Source: Candidatus Latescibacterota bacterium
GTDB taxonomy: Bacteria; Latescibacterota; UBA2968; UBA8231
Direction: 5' to 3'
DNA length: 64,000 nucleotides
NCBI GenBank assembly: GCA_965203355.1
Contig: OZ241889.1
Location: 128,001-192,000 of the forward strand
The stretch's first letter is position 1; every line of letters begins with the position of its first letter. This document shows, piece by piece, positions 1 through 9,757 of this stretch. The notes beneath the pieces are model-generated. The model worked only from the letters and a program-made list of their open reading frames with translations, did not search any database and had not been told where the DNA came from. Made by a program: the position numbers and the translations under genes.

Positions 1-1863
1 TAGGGCCTTGGCCAGCTCGGTTTTGCCCACGCCGGTCGGTCCCAAGAACACGAAGGAGCCGATTGGCTTTTGCTCGTCTTTGATGCCGGCGCGCGCCCGC
101 ATCACGGCGTCGGCGACCAAGCTCACGGCCTCGTCTTGGCCCACGACTCGCTGGTGCAAGGTCCGGTCCAGGCGCGCCAGTTTCTCGCGCTCCCCTTCGG
201 TCAGCCTCTGTAGCGGGATGCCGGTCCAACGCGCGACAATGGCGGCCACCTCCTCTTGGGTGACTTCCTCGCGCAGCAGCCGCGGGCCACCGTCTTCGGC
301 CGCTTGCTGCGCCGCGGCGAGCTGCCGCTCCAGTTCCGGCAATTTTCCGTGTTTCAGTTCGGCCGCGCGATTCAGGTCGTATTGGCGCTCGGCTTCTTCG
401 ATTTGATGCCGCACTTGCTCGATTTCCTCGCGCAACGACCGCTCGCCCACAAGAGACGCGTGCTCCTCCTCCCACTGGGCGCGCAGAGCACCGGCCCGTG
501 CCTTGAGGTCGGCCAGTTCCTTGCGCAGGTTTTCGAGGCGCTCTTCGCTGGTTTTGTCCTGCTCCTTTTTTAGCGCGGCTTCCTCAATCTCTAACTGCAT
601 AACCCGGCGTTCCACCTGGTCCAGTTCGGTTGGCACCGAGTCGATCTCCGTGCGCACGGTGGCGCACGCCTCGTCGATTAGGTCGATGGCCTTGTCTGGC
701 AGGAAACGGTCCGAGATGTAGCGATTGGACAGCACCACGGCATCGACCAAGGCATTGTCTTGAATGCGCACACCGTGATGGACCTCGAATCGCTCGCGCA
801 AGCCCCGCAGGATCGAGATCGAATCTTCTACAGTGGGAGCGTCTATCAGCACCGGCTGGAAGCGCCGCTCCAGCGCGGCGTCCTTTTCGATGTGCCGACG
901 GTGTTCGTCGAGCGTGGTCGCGCCGATGCAGTGCAGCTCGCCGCGAGCCAACATGGGCTTGAGCATATTGCCGGCGTCGGTCGAGCCTTCGGTCTTGCCC
1001 GCGCCGACGATGGTGTGCAACTCGTCGATAAAGAGCAAGATACGGCCCTCGCTGGCGCGGATTTCGTCGAGCACGGCTTTGAGCCGCTCTTCAAACTCGC
1101 CCCGGTATTTGGCTCCGGCCATCAGGGCTCCCAGGTCCAGCGCGAAGATCGTCTGATTCTGCATCCACTCGGGCACATCGCCGCGCACGATGCGCTGGGC
1201 CAAGCCCTCGACGATCGCGGTTTTGCCCACGCCAGGCTCGCCGATGAGCACTGGGTTGTTCTTGGTCTTGCGCGAGAGGATGCGGATGGTGCGGCGGATC
1301 TCTTCGTCGCGCCCAATCACTGGATCGAGCCGACCCGCACGTGCCTGCGCCACCAAGTCGATTCCATAGCGCGCAAGGGCCTCATAGGTGGCTTCGGGCG
1401 TCGCGCTCTGTACGCGCTGAGTACCGCGCACCTCGGCCAACGCCTGCAAGAAGCGGTCGCGCGTGATGCCAGCCTCGCTCAAGGCGCGACCGGCGGCCGT
1501 GCCTGCGCTTTCCGCTATAAACGCCAGGGCGCAGTGCTCCGCCGAAACGTATTCGTCCTTTAGGCCAGCGGCTTCCTCCTCGGCTTGGCGCAAGAGGTCT
1601 TGCAGCCGCCGCGTCGCATATATTTCGACGCCTTTGCCGGAAACCCGCGGGCGGCTATCTAACGAGCGCACCAAGGCCGGGCCCAACCGCTGATCCGCAC
1701 GGTCAATGCGCCGCACAATGCGCGGCAGGACGCCTTCTTCCTGTTCGAGCAGCGCCCAAAGCAGGTGCTCGCCATCCACTTCGCCGTGCTGGCGGCGCCG
1801 GGCTTGGTGTTGGGCTTCTTGCAGGGCTTCCTGCAATTTGTGGGTGAATTTACTGGTATTCAT
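1..1863 (-). CDS. clpB: ATP-dependent chaperone ClpB (3' end runs off the window)
   Basis: Not in the ORF track because it is truncated. Minus strand from ATG at 1863 reads [18 protein letters not shown]..., with [28 protein letters not shown] (Walker A1), a coiled-coil M domain and [20 protein letters not shown] (Walker A2) at the window edge. AAGGAG RBS upstream. Confidence 0.96.
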   Translation of the reverse strand, partial: MNTSKFTHKLQEALQEAQHQARRRQHGEVDGEHLLWALLEQEEGVLPRIVRRIDRADQRLGPALVRSLDSRPRVSGKGVEIYATRRLQDLLRQAEEEAAGLKDEYVSAEHCALAFIAESAGTAAGRALSEAGITRDRFLQALAEVRGTQRVQSATPEATYEALARYGIDLVAQARAGRLDPVIGRDEEIRRTIRILSRKTKNNPVLIGEPGVGKTAIVEGLAQRIVRGDVPEWMQNQTIFALDLGALMAGAKYRGEFEERLKAVLDEIRASEGRILLFIDELHTIVGAGKTEGSTDAGNMLKPMLARGELHCIGATTLDEHRRHIEKDAALERRFQPVLIDAPTVEDSISILRGLRERFEVHHGVRIQDNALVDAVVLSNRYISDRFLPDKAIDLIDEACATVRTEIDSVPTELDQVERRVMQLEIEEAALKKEQDKTSEERLENLRKELADLKARAGALRAQWEEEHASLVGERSLREEIEQVRHQIEEAERQYDLNRAAELKHGKLPELERQLAAAQQAAEDGGPRLLREEVTQEEVAAIVARWTGIPLQRLTEGEREKLARLDRTLHQRVVGQDEAVSLVADAVMRARAGIKDEQKPIGSFVFLGPTGVGKTELAKAL

Positions 1864-1906
1864 GTCGGTCTCCTTGCAAAAGTTGGTTTTGCCGGTCCGA
1901 ATAAGG

Positions 1907-1921
1907 GCAAATATCGTACCA
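1907..1921 (-). promoter_or_regulatory. Putative sigma54 (-24/-12) promoter of clpB
   Basis: Minus strand TGGTACGATATTTGC matches TGGCACG-N4-TTGC with correct GG/GC spacing, 44 nt upstream of the clpB start. Confidence 0.6.
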
Positions 1922-1972
1922 ACGCCGATATGTTCCACTTTTGACACACATTGCCTCGCCGATAGGACATTG

Positions 1973-1987
1973 TGGCATGGATTTTGC
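1973..1987 (+). promoter_or_regulatory. Putative divergent sigma54 (-24/-12) motif
   Basis: Plus strand TGGCATGGATTTTGC matches the consensus. No convincing plus-strand CDS follows. Confidence 0.45.
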
Positions 1988-1995
1988 GATAAGTA

Positions 1996-2034
1996 ACACA
2001 AAAGGCCCGCTGAACCTGAAATTCAGCGGGCCTT
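1996..2034 (-). terminator. Intrinsic terminator
   Basis: 13-bp perfect inverted repeat AAGGCCCGCTGAA (2002-2014) / TTCAGCGGGCCTT (2022-2034), ending in a T-rich run on the minus strand, just after ORF 2057-2491. Confidence 0.8.
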
Positions 2035-2056
2035 CTGCAACTGATGTTGGTTCGAT

Positions 2057-2491
2057 TTAGTCGGTCCCTTCTTTTCGGCAAAACCCTTGCTCAACCATTA
2101 TTGTGTGTGGGGTCTTTTCCATTCGCTGCCAGACGGTTCGACGGCCTTCTTCACTTCCATTGACGGTCATGCGACCATTGGCGATCTCGAATTGTCCAGT
2201 GAAGACGACGGAGTTTTTTGAGTGCGGAAAGAGAGTAATGGAAATCTTATTATGGTTGACTTCCCATTCGCCGTTCATCGAGAGACATTCAGTTGGTCCT
2301 AAACGAAGGCCGCTGAAACCGCCATCTTCGCGGATTTCCCACACTTGCACTGGCGGCAGGTCGGCAAATACCATAGAGTCCGGGCTTACTATCTGCCAGA
2401 AGCCGACCGGGGCAGCACCCGTATTAACGGGCGACTGGTCGCAAGATAAAAAGCTGACCAAGAAGATTAGGGCACTAGCTTTTGTTCGCAT
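2057..2491 (-). CDS. Hypothetical lipoprotein, lipocalin-like beta fold
   Basis: Lipobox FLSC after a hydrophobic stretch, VGFWQ motif near the N-terminus, alternating beta pattern. Confidence 0.6.
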   Translation of the reverse strand: MRTKASALIFLVSFLSCDQSPVNTGAAPVGFWQIVSPDSMVFADLPPVQVWEIREDGGFSGLRLGPTECLSMNGEWEVNHNKISITLFPHSKNSVVFTGQFEIANGRMTVNGSEEGRRTVWQRMEKTPHTIMVEQGFCRKEGTD

Positions 2492-2578
2492 TTCGCTTCT
2501 TGAGACACGATCTCTACTTATCGGCGTGTGGATGTGCTTTCCCGGGGGTAATTCTCGCGTTGGTATTGGATTGTCGCT

Positions 2579-4021
2579 CTAGACGAGACTCAAGCGAAAG
2601 AACATCACAGCAACGGCCGTGCCCTTCGCGATTCCCGGTAGGAGACCGCCGCGCACGGCCAGGCTGGTCTCCAAGAAGCGGACCTGCATGGACGACACCA
2701 CAAATGGGCCGAAGGCAAAGCCGACCGCTGCGCTGCTGCTCCGCCCGCCCAGCGACAGGCCGATGCGGGTCGGCAACCAGTCCGCCAGCCAATACTCGAC
2801 TCCACCGGCCAGCCGCGGCCGAGTCCGCATCCCAAACCTAGAGCCGAACGCCTGGTCCCAATTGCCAACCACCGTTAGCTGGGGCTTGGCCTGATGGGCT
2901 ATTCCGAGCCGCAGCAGGGCCGGCAGCGTGCGCGAGAAAGGCTTTTGGCTGATCTGTTTGGTAAAGTCTGGATCGCCGTCGCCATCGAAATCCGGGTGGT
3001 CGAACACTTCCTCGATGGATCGCGAGTCCGCGTCCAAGAAGCGGGAGATGCGCAGTTCGTTGGTCGCGAGGAAAATGGAATCTTGGCGCACGCCCTCGCG
3101 CCAAGAGAACGCGTCGAGCAAGTTGAGCGCACTAAAGCTGAAGGTCGTCTTGCGGCTTTTGCTCCGGCCAGCCATGCCAACATCGAGGCCAACGCCAAAG
3201 CCCAAGCGGGCGTGCTGGGCAATCAGCCAAGCGTCCGCCTCAGCACCGCCGACGCGCGCCACCAGCCCGGTGCCGCCGGATTCGATGATTTCTCCATAGG
3301 TACCCAGCGAGAACTTGAGCGTGCTACCAACTGTGAACTCGCTTAGATAGGGCGCGAGACGAGCAGGCATCGCCGGCTTCGCCGCAGCGACATTGAGCGT
3401 ACCCACGGCCCATCCCGATCCATTCCAATCGCTGACGTCGTACCCTTCGCTCTTGCCGACTGCCAAGCGATCTTCCGCAAACTCGTTGCCAAAAAAGAAC
3501 AATTCCAACACGTCTTTGGGAATTTCGCTCTCGATCCCACTGGTAAATCCCACGGCAATGGCCGAGCGCACATCCCCGAGGGCAAAGGCCACGCCCCCAT
3601 TGAGCGGGAGGCCGGCGACGAGCGTCGGCTCAATATCCCCGTTCATGCGCAGGCCCGCGTCCGGGATGTCGGCGAGCAGCTTTTTTTTCTCCACCGAGCT
3701 GATGTAATACGGACTGCCGTTGGGAGATACCTTCTCATTGGCAGCCGTGAAGTGGGCGTTGTACGTGGCAACCGAAAAACTGTTGTTTTCGGCCGCCACG
3801 CAAAGGCCCGCGCCGAGCAAATCCCAAGAAAACTGGCGGCTGCTCCCCAGGGCTAAATTCGCTGGATTCCAGAAAACGGCTTCCGGCCCGCGGGCTAAGG
3901 CCGTATAAGCTTGGCCCAGTGCTAGTGCCCGCGGGCTGGCGTCGCCGGGAACGGCAGCCGCCTGTCTGTAGGCCCCGGCGACGAGCAGGGCCGCGAAAAC
4001 GATCAATCCCTTGCCTTGCAC
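2579..4021 (-). CDS. Outer-membrane beta-barrel, FadL/PorV-like (DUF5723-like)
   Basis: Signal peptide, hatch-type motif PRALALGQAYTALARGPEAVFWNPANL, DFDGDGDPDF calcium-type loop, C-terminal amphipathic strands (LAGGVEYWL). Confidence 0.65.
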   Translation of the reverse strand: MQGKGLIVFAALLVAGAYRQAAAVPGDASPRALALGQAYTALARGPEAVFWNPANLALGSSRQFSWDLLGAGLCVAAENNSFSVATYNAHFTAANEKVSPNGSPYYISSVEKKKLLADIPDAGLRMNGDIEPTLVAGLPLNGGVAFALGDVRSAIAVGFTSGIESEIPKDVLELFFFGNEFAEDRLAVGKSEGYDVSDWNGSGWAVGTLNVAAAKPAMPARLAPYLSEFTVGSTLKFSLGTYGEIIESGGTGLVARVGGAEADAWLIAQHARLGFGVGLDVGMAGRSKSRKTTFSFSALNLLDAFSWREGVRQDSIFLATNELRISRFLDADSRSIEEVFDHPDFDGDGDPDFTKQISQKPFSRTLPALLRLGIAHQAKPQLTVVGNWDQAFGSRFGMRTRPRLAGGVEYWLADWLPTRIGLSLGGRSSSAAVGFAFGPFVVSSMQVRFLETSLAVRGGLLPGIAKGTAVAVMFFRLSLV

Positions 4022-4028
4022 TGGTGCC

Positions 4029-5588
4029 CTACTTGACCAAGCCCTCGTTGAATTCCATAAAAATCACCGCCCCAGCTTCCACGGCGACGAAATCACTCGC
4101 CCGCATTGCGACCTCGCACGGCGTCTTATCCAGTTTGACCAGTATGCCCGTATAGACGCCCTCCTCCCGTAGAAAGACCTCCACGTCGTCGCCTGCGAGC
4201 GCGATCCGTTGGTGGCTGAATACACTTGCCACAACCTGCCCTTCCGGGCCGATGTCGCCCGCATCCACCGCAAAGGAACCCTCCTTGGGAATCCGCAAAT
4301 AGCCCTTGGCCTCGTTGCCGACGAATAGGTCTTCGCTATCGTACAAATCCTCGGCTCTCGGCGCGACCCACAGGCTGACGCGGATGGCGGTGGGCAGGTG
4401 ATTTTCAATCGCGGTAACTACGACGGCACTATCGAGGCTGGCCTGGATGCGCCGACGGGCATTGTCGTCCTGCAAGCGACGAAAGATCGGATCGAACTCA
4501 ATGCGCGTGTCTTCTTCGAGTTGAAAATGGCCCTGCGTGGCAAAGCGCACGTGATCAAGCTGCACCCAATGACTAGCGTCGATCACGGCCGCGGACTCGC
4601 CGTCGCCGATGCGCACGGTCGGCGCGACCACTATCTCGGTCGGCAGCAGGTTGAGAAACTCGGTCAACTCTGCGGAAGCCAGCGACAAGGCCAGCGACGC
4701 TGGATGGTCTGGATCGCCGCGTTGGAACATTTCGGAGATCATCAGGGAACCGTGCTCGCCGTCGCCGTTGGTCCCCTCAATCTGGAGATCAATGCGGCTG
4801 CGGAAACCAACGCCCGATGTCAGGGCGACTTCTAGGGCGGCCGAACCAAAGGCGATATGGTCTAAGCCCGCGGGAAAATTGACGGCGCGCGCGACCGGGG
4901 CGACCGACAGGACCACCTCGTCGAGCACCCCCTCGACGCGGCTAAGGAGCAAGTCTTCGGCCTCCGCTTCTAGCCGGAGCTCGTCGGTGGCACTGGCCTC
5001 GGCAAATTCGCCCTGCACCCGGTATGAGAGCCGCAACTCGCGGGGATTTTGCGGGGCAAATTCGCTGCCAGCCAAGTCAAAGGCCCCCACCTTGCTCTCG
5101 TTGGGAGCCAGATCGTCGATGCGGAGGGCATGGGGCGTACCGTCCGGCCTTTTGACATCGTCCAAGACCAGCTCGACCTGTAAGGAAATCGCGGCTTGGT
5201 TGGTCGCCTTGATGGTCAAGCCGCCCTCGGCGATGACCGCATGCGCGATTTGGATGCGGCCGTCGGCAAAGGCGAGGGCACCGGTCTTGGCAATCTCTGC
5301 ATCAGCCGACCGAATCGGCACCACAAAGGCCGCAGAGACGGGCGCGACGCGCAGACTGTTGCCGACTTTTTCGCGGCGGTTGAAGTCCGCGCTAAAATCT
5401 ACCGCAAGCAGGCCCTCGTCGTCGATCTTCAGAAAGCCAGCGCGCTCGTCGGCCAAGTCCCGAACGGTCGTCCGATCGTCGGCGACCGGGATGCTGATCT
5501 GGAAGTTAGTGCTGGGAATTTGGGGCGGATTCACCTCGCAGCCCGTCAACGCGCTGGCCGCGAGGAGCACGCCCAGTTGTGTGTGCAT
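4029..5588 (-). CDS. Large hypothetical beta-rich lipoprotein
   Basis: Start reassigned to MHTQLGVLLAASALTGC (lipobox LTGC, GAAAGG RBS). Acidic and beta-rich, 7 nt from the downstream barrel gene. Confidence 0.7.
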   Translation of the reverse strand: MHTQLGVLLAASALTGCEVNPPQIPSTNFQISIPVADDRTTVRDLADERAGFLKIDDEGLLAVDFSADFNRREKVGNSLRVAPVSAAFVVPIRSADAEIAKTGALAFADGRIQIAHAVIAEGGLTIKATNQAAISLQVELVLDDVKRPDGTPHALRIDDLAPNESKVGAFDLAGSEFAPQNPRELRLSYRVQGEFAEASATDELRLEAEAEDLLLSRVEGVLDEVVLSVAPVARAVNFPAGLDHIAFGSAALEVALTSGVGFRSRIDLQIEGTNGDGEHGSLMISEMFQRGDPDHPASLALSLASAELTEFLNLLPTEIVVAPTVRIGDGESAAVIDASHWVQLDHVRFATQGHFQLEEDTRIEFDPIFRRLQDDNARRRIQASLDSAVVVTAIENHLPTAIRVSLWVAPRAEDLYDSEDLFVGNEAKGYLRIPKEGSFAVDAGDIGPEGQVVASVFSHQRIALAGDDVEVFLREEGVYTGILVKLDKTPCEVAMRASDFVAVEAGAVIFMEFNEGLVK

Positions 5589-5794
5589 TTGGGCCTTTCT
5601 ATGACGACTGCTCGTCCTACTTCCACAGGGTGGGCTTTTGGATGCCACCCCTAGTCACGGATCTCAGCCTGCACAGGGGTACAACGCCCGTGCCCCGAAG
5701 GGTAAGACCTTACCGATATGTACCTAGGACGTTTCACCGCATCAGCCAAGGCAAAGAACTACGCAGTGATTCGTATTGTAAGGTCGATAGACTA

Positions 5795-6679
5795 TCAAAA
5801 AATAAAATTTTTAATCCTCTCTTTAACGATCTGCGGGTCATCTTGGCCCGGTAGAAACTCAGCATCTGAAATTCCCATCGACTCCAACCATGTCCTCCAG
5901 TATTCTTTAATTATCTCTAGATCGAACATATCTCGATATGCGATTTCAACCATTAAAAATTTTACATTATAGTCGCTGAAATTCTTTCCTATTTCTAGTA
6001 CGCCGTGTTCTTCATCGCGAAATTTTTGCTGCCAATTCGGAGTATTGCGAAATTGGATGATTTGACTGTAGGGAATATAGCTAGCCTTATTTCCTATTTT
6101 AGAACGCTTAGCTTGAATATCAGCATTGAAATCTAAATATCCATCTGACAAGCAGATAATGTAATTACGATAACCTCTCTTTAAGTACACCTCTGCACTA
6201 TCCCTAAACCAAATCCATATGTCCGATCCAGTAAATTTGTTTTGATTGCCGATAAATTGATACAACTTATCAATTGCCGTAAGTAAATTCTCCTTCTTCT
6301 CTTTAAATACTGGAGCACCACCTCGCTTTTCCTGTGGTGTGGGCCATATTTTTAGATCTGATATGATACTATGCGGAATTGAAGGAAAGTTCTTTTGTTC
6401 AGGGATGATAAAACCGAGGCTATGGTTAGACCCAATATAGAGTTTTCTCTGAACAAATTCCTCGAACAAATCGACTATATCTTTAGCAATCTCAATATCT
6501 TTTTGAACCTGTTCAGGATTCTTTTCCTGAGAAATTCGGTCGGAGGTATCGAGAATAACTACGATATTTATCGGTGGCGTTTGTGGCTGCACTTGCCGAT
6601 CATCTGACTTGCAACTTATAGGCCCGAATAAGATAGCAAATATAGTAAACACCCTTCCCAGAGCTTGCGTTTTCTGCAT
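5795..6679 (-). CDS. vWA-like lipoprotein (AT-rich islet)
   Basis: Lipobox ISC; NIVVILDTSDR, SDIW and ICLSDG resemble a degenerate MIDAS. Strong AGGAGG RBS. AT-rich codon usage. Confidence 0.6.
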   Translation of the reverse strand: MQKTQALGRVFTIFAILFGPISCKSDDRQVQPQTPPINIVVILDTSDRISQEKNPEQVQKDIEIAKDIVDLFEEFVQRKLYIGSNHSLGFIIPEQKNFPSIPHSIISDLKIWPTPQEKRGGAPVFKEKKENLLTAIDKLYQFIGNQNKFTGSDIWIWFRDSAEVYLKRGYRNYIICLSDGYLDFNADIQAKRSKIGNKASYIPYSQIIQFRNTPNWQQKFRDEEHGVLEIGKNFSDYNVKFLMVEIAYRDMFDLEIIKEYWRTWLESMGISDAEFLPGQDDPQIVKERIKNFIF

Positions 6680-6725
6680 GAATCCTCCTTGTAAACCTTC
6701 CTTATTATTGCCAATTCACTGATGT

Positions 6726-8564
6726 CTATTCTTTAGTAGGACTATCTTCCTCTCGCGAGAAATAAGACTCCGACTCTTCGTAGTATTTATCTAATTCGAT
6801 TTGTACCTCCTTCTTAGCCGCTTCGATCTCAGCTCCGCTACCCCCACTATGGGAAACATACCGGAGCCAACCGTTCAAAAATTGATTGACCTGATATTCA
6901 ATATCATTGCGGTCGAGATTACTCACTTTTTTGCGTATCCGCAAGAGATCGTCTATACTGGCTTGGCTATTTCCAATCTTACCTTGCAGGCTCGATATTT
7001 TATCTTCAAATTGGGCAATATCTCTTGACAAACTTTCCACTTCTTCCTCTAGGACAGCTATTTCCTTTTTTCGCAGATTTTTTTCGGTTTCTTTTTTCGC
7101 TTCCAACTGATTGCGGTGTCTTTTGTCTAGATCAACCCGCTGTTTGGCCTCGTCTGTAAGAGACCGTACACCGTTCAATCTCTCGCAGGTAACGTGGTAA
7201 AGTAAACTGGTCAAGAGAGAAACCACAAAGCCGCAAAAAATAACAATCCAAATATTAAGGTCAGATATCCTGTAAGCCCATTCCCCGCTCTCTTGTCCCA
7301 TGAGAATTTTGGCTTGATGTATCTTCTGTGAAATTTTAACCGCAAGCAAAACATCAAATATAAGAGTAAACATCAAAATAATTATTGGTACTATCCATTT
7401 CCACTTATCTTGTCGTTCTAAAAAATGATGAAAAGCAATTGCAAAAGATAGAAAAATAATAGGAGACAAAACAACGATCAGATTTACATCTGCAAAAGCG
7501 TCAAAAATGGCAGAAGTATTAACTATATCATTGACGCCAGCATACGTACCTGAATCCAACTCTTCCTGGATCGATTCTTCGTGCAAGAAAAATGCCTTAT
7601 CAACGGCTGAGGCATAAAAAACGAAAAGGTAGCTAGCCAAACCGAGCAAGAAAATTGCCGCGATACTCCCAGTGATAAGATGCATCCATGATATCCCTTG
7701 TCTAGCCAGAGCCACACTAGCAGCAGCTTCTATTGGTAGTTCTAACTCGACGGATGTTGGCTTTTCTAGTTCGACTTTCAGCCCTGCTAGCTTTACTCTT
7801 TTCTCTTCTCGTTTTTGCATCTTCTCGCTGAGTTCCTGTTCGGAGATCAGTTTTTGTTTTTCAGTTTCTCCTATCTTTACTCGTAGCTGATCAATTTCTG
7901 ATTCCGCTCCGTTATTGGATGCCACTTCTTTCTTATTTACTTCTCCGTCTCGGATAATGGATTGAATATGGGATGGCAGACAGGAAGCACTACCCTGGTG
8001 GTTTGCTGCCCAATAAAAACCATTCTCTGCACACCAGTAAGGATCATGGCCATTTGGATTGCTCATAGATTGAGATCTTTCTTTTATAAAGGGTGATTGG
8101 TTTGGGAGAGGGTATGCTACCTGCTTCCCATTAGGTGTATTGGGAAGAGACCGTCGAGAGCGCATCGTAAAAAAATTCAATGCCTTAGCTATAAGGTTAT
8201 TCTTGCCAACACGTGCTTCAAACTCAGCAAAGGTAATCTTCCTAAACTGATTTCGCCCCAAGTTCTCGTAAAAAACCCAAAGTTCAGAATCGGTGCTATT
8301 GGCAAATATCCCGAAAGGCGTATCCGTTGCACTGAGATAGGATTTTAGCTGATCAACGCCGTGTCCTACATCCCCGTGTCGCTTGCACTCGGCAATAGCG
8401 GCAAGGTTTGATTTCCGATCAATAAGTACAACGTCGGCTCTGCGGTTTTCAGAGCCCATCTGAATAGAGCATTCCTTTTCGATGGAAAACTTTTGGAATT
8501 TAGGTTCAGAAAAGTAACGATCGACCTCTTCTACCACTATGCTTTCAGGTGTCACTTTTTGCAT
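6726..8564 (-). CDS. HsdR N-terminal-like PD-(D/E)xK domain fused to a coiled-coil multi-TM membrane protein
   Basis: Start reassigned to MQKVT (8564). RRADVVLID..IAECKR..DQLKSYL..FGIFANS is typical of HSDR_N-type nuclease domains. Then a coiled coil, about 4 TM helices and a second coiled coil. Confidence 0.65.
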   Translation of the reverse strand: MQKVTPESIVVEEVDRYFSEPKFQKFSIEKECSIQMGSENRRADVVLIDRKSNLAAIAECKRHGDVGHGVDQLKSYLSATDTPFGIFANSTDSELWVFYENLGRNQFRKITFAEFEARVGKNNLIAKALNFFTMRSRRSLPNTPNGKQVAYPLPNQSPFIKERSQSMSNPNGHDPYWCAENGFYWAANHQGSASCLPSHIQSIIRDGEVNKKEVASNNGAESEIDQLRVKIGETEKQKLISEQELSEKMQKREEKRVKLAGLKVELEKPTSVELELPIEAAASVALARQGISWMHLITGSIAAIFLLGLASYLFVFYASAVDKAFFLHEESIQEELDSGTYAGVNDIVNTSAIFDAFADVNLIVVLSPIIFLSFAIAFHHFLERQDKWKWIVPIIILMFTLIFDVLLAVKISQKIHQAKILMGQESGEWAYRISDLNIWIVIFCGFVVSLLTSLLYHVTCERLNGVRSLTDEAKQRVDLDKRHRNQLEAKKETEKNLRKKEIAVLEEEVESLSRDIAQFEDKISSLQGKIGNSQASIDDLLRIRKKVSNLDRNDIEYQVNQFLNGWLRYVSHSGGSGAEIEAAKKEVQIELDKYYEESESYFSREEDSPTKE

Positions 8565-8571
8565 GTTGACC

Positions 8572-9738
8572 TTACTTGATCCCCACGGCTTGGCGCAGCA
8601 ACTCGCCCTTGTCGGTCCGTTCCCAAACGAACTCCGGCTCCTCGCGTCCAAAGTGGCCGTAGTTGGTGGTTTTTCGGTAGATGGGTCGCCTTAGTTGCAG
8701 GGCCTCAATGACGCCCTTGGGAGTTAGGTCAAATACTTTTTCCACGGCCGCGGCGATCTGCTCGTCGGGCGCGACGCCCGTGCCAAAGGTATCGACCCGC
8801 ACGGATACGGGCGCGGCCACGCCAATGGCATAGGCCAGCTGCACTTGGCAGCGGGCGGCCAAGCGGGCCGCTACCGCGTTTTTGGCCACGTAACGCGCCA
8901 TATAGTGGCCACTGCGGTCCACCTTGCTGGGGTCTTTGCCGGAAAAAGCACCCCCGCCGTGCGGGCACGCGCCCCCGTAGGTATCGACGATGATCTTGCG
9001 GCCCGTCAGTCCACAGTCGCCATGCGGCCCCCCGATGACGAAGCGACCCGTGGGGTTGACGTGGTATTGGGTGTCGGCGTCGAGCAGGTGGGCGGGGATT
9101 ACCGCTTGTACGACCTGTTCGATCATGTCTTTTTTGATCTGCGCGTGACCGGCCTCGGGCGCGTGTTGGGTCGAGAGGACCACGGCGCCTACCCGCACGG
9201 GCTGACCGTCTTCGTACTCGACGCTGACCTGAGACTTGGCGTCCGGGCGCAGATAGGGAATTTTCCCTTCCTTGCGCAGCCGCGTCAGGTGCTGCATCAG
9301 CGCATGCGCGAGGGTTATGGGCAGCGGCATGAGCTGGGGGGTTTCGCGGCAGGCATAGCCAAACATCATACCTTGATCGCCCGCCCCCGCTTCCTTGTGC
9401 AGTCCCTCGCCCGCGTTGACGCCTTGGGCTATGTCCGGCGATTGCTGGTCCAAGGCCACCAAAATAGAGCACGAGCGAAAGTCAAAACCTTGCTCGGAAT
9501 CGCAGTAGCCAATATCGGCGATGACTTGCCTGATGAGGGCCTCAATGTCTAGACGAGCCTCGCTTTTAATCTCGCCAGCGACAATGACTCGGTCCGTGGT
9601 AACGAGCGTTTCGCAGGCCACTCGTGCATTGAGATCCTCGGCGAGCATGGCGTCGAGTACAGCGTCGGAAATCTGATCGGCAACTTTGTCGGGATGCCCT
9701 TCGGACACGGATTCTGAAGTGAACATGTATTTGGACAT
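8572..9738 (-). CDS. metK: S-adenosylmethionine synthetase
   Basis: [19 protein letters not shown] and GGGAFSGKD signatures. Confidence 0.99.
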   Translation of the reverse strand: MSKYMFTSESVSEGHPDKVADQISDAVLDAMLAEDLNARVACETLVTTDRVIVAGEIKSEARLDIEALIRQVIADIGYCDSEQGFDFRSCSILVALDQQSPDIAQGVNAGEGLHKEAGAGDQGMMFGYACRETPQLMPLPITLAHALMQHLTRLRKEGKIPYLRPDAKSQVSVEYEDGQPVRVGAVVLSTQHAPEAGHAQIKKDMIEQVVQAVIPAHLLDADTQYHVNPTGRFVIGGPHGDCGLTGRKIIVDTYGGACPHGGGAFSGKDPSKVDRSGHYMARYVAKNAVAARLAARCQVQLAYAIGVAAPVSVRVDTFGTGVAPDEQIAAAVEKVFDLTPKGVIEALQLRRPIYRKTTNYGHFGREEPEFVWERTDKGELLRQAVGIK

Positions 9739-9757
9739 GGTGTATTCTCAAGCTCCT

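Noticed and set aside
5600-5760. Hammerhead ribozyme or TPP, ZTP or c-di-GMP riboswitch
   Set aside because: Only fragments match (CTGATG..GAAAC, GCTGAGA, CGTGACT, CACGGATCT). Required partner helices and conserved cores are missing or on the wrong strand.
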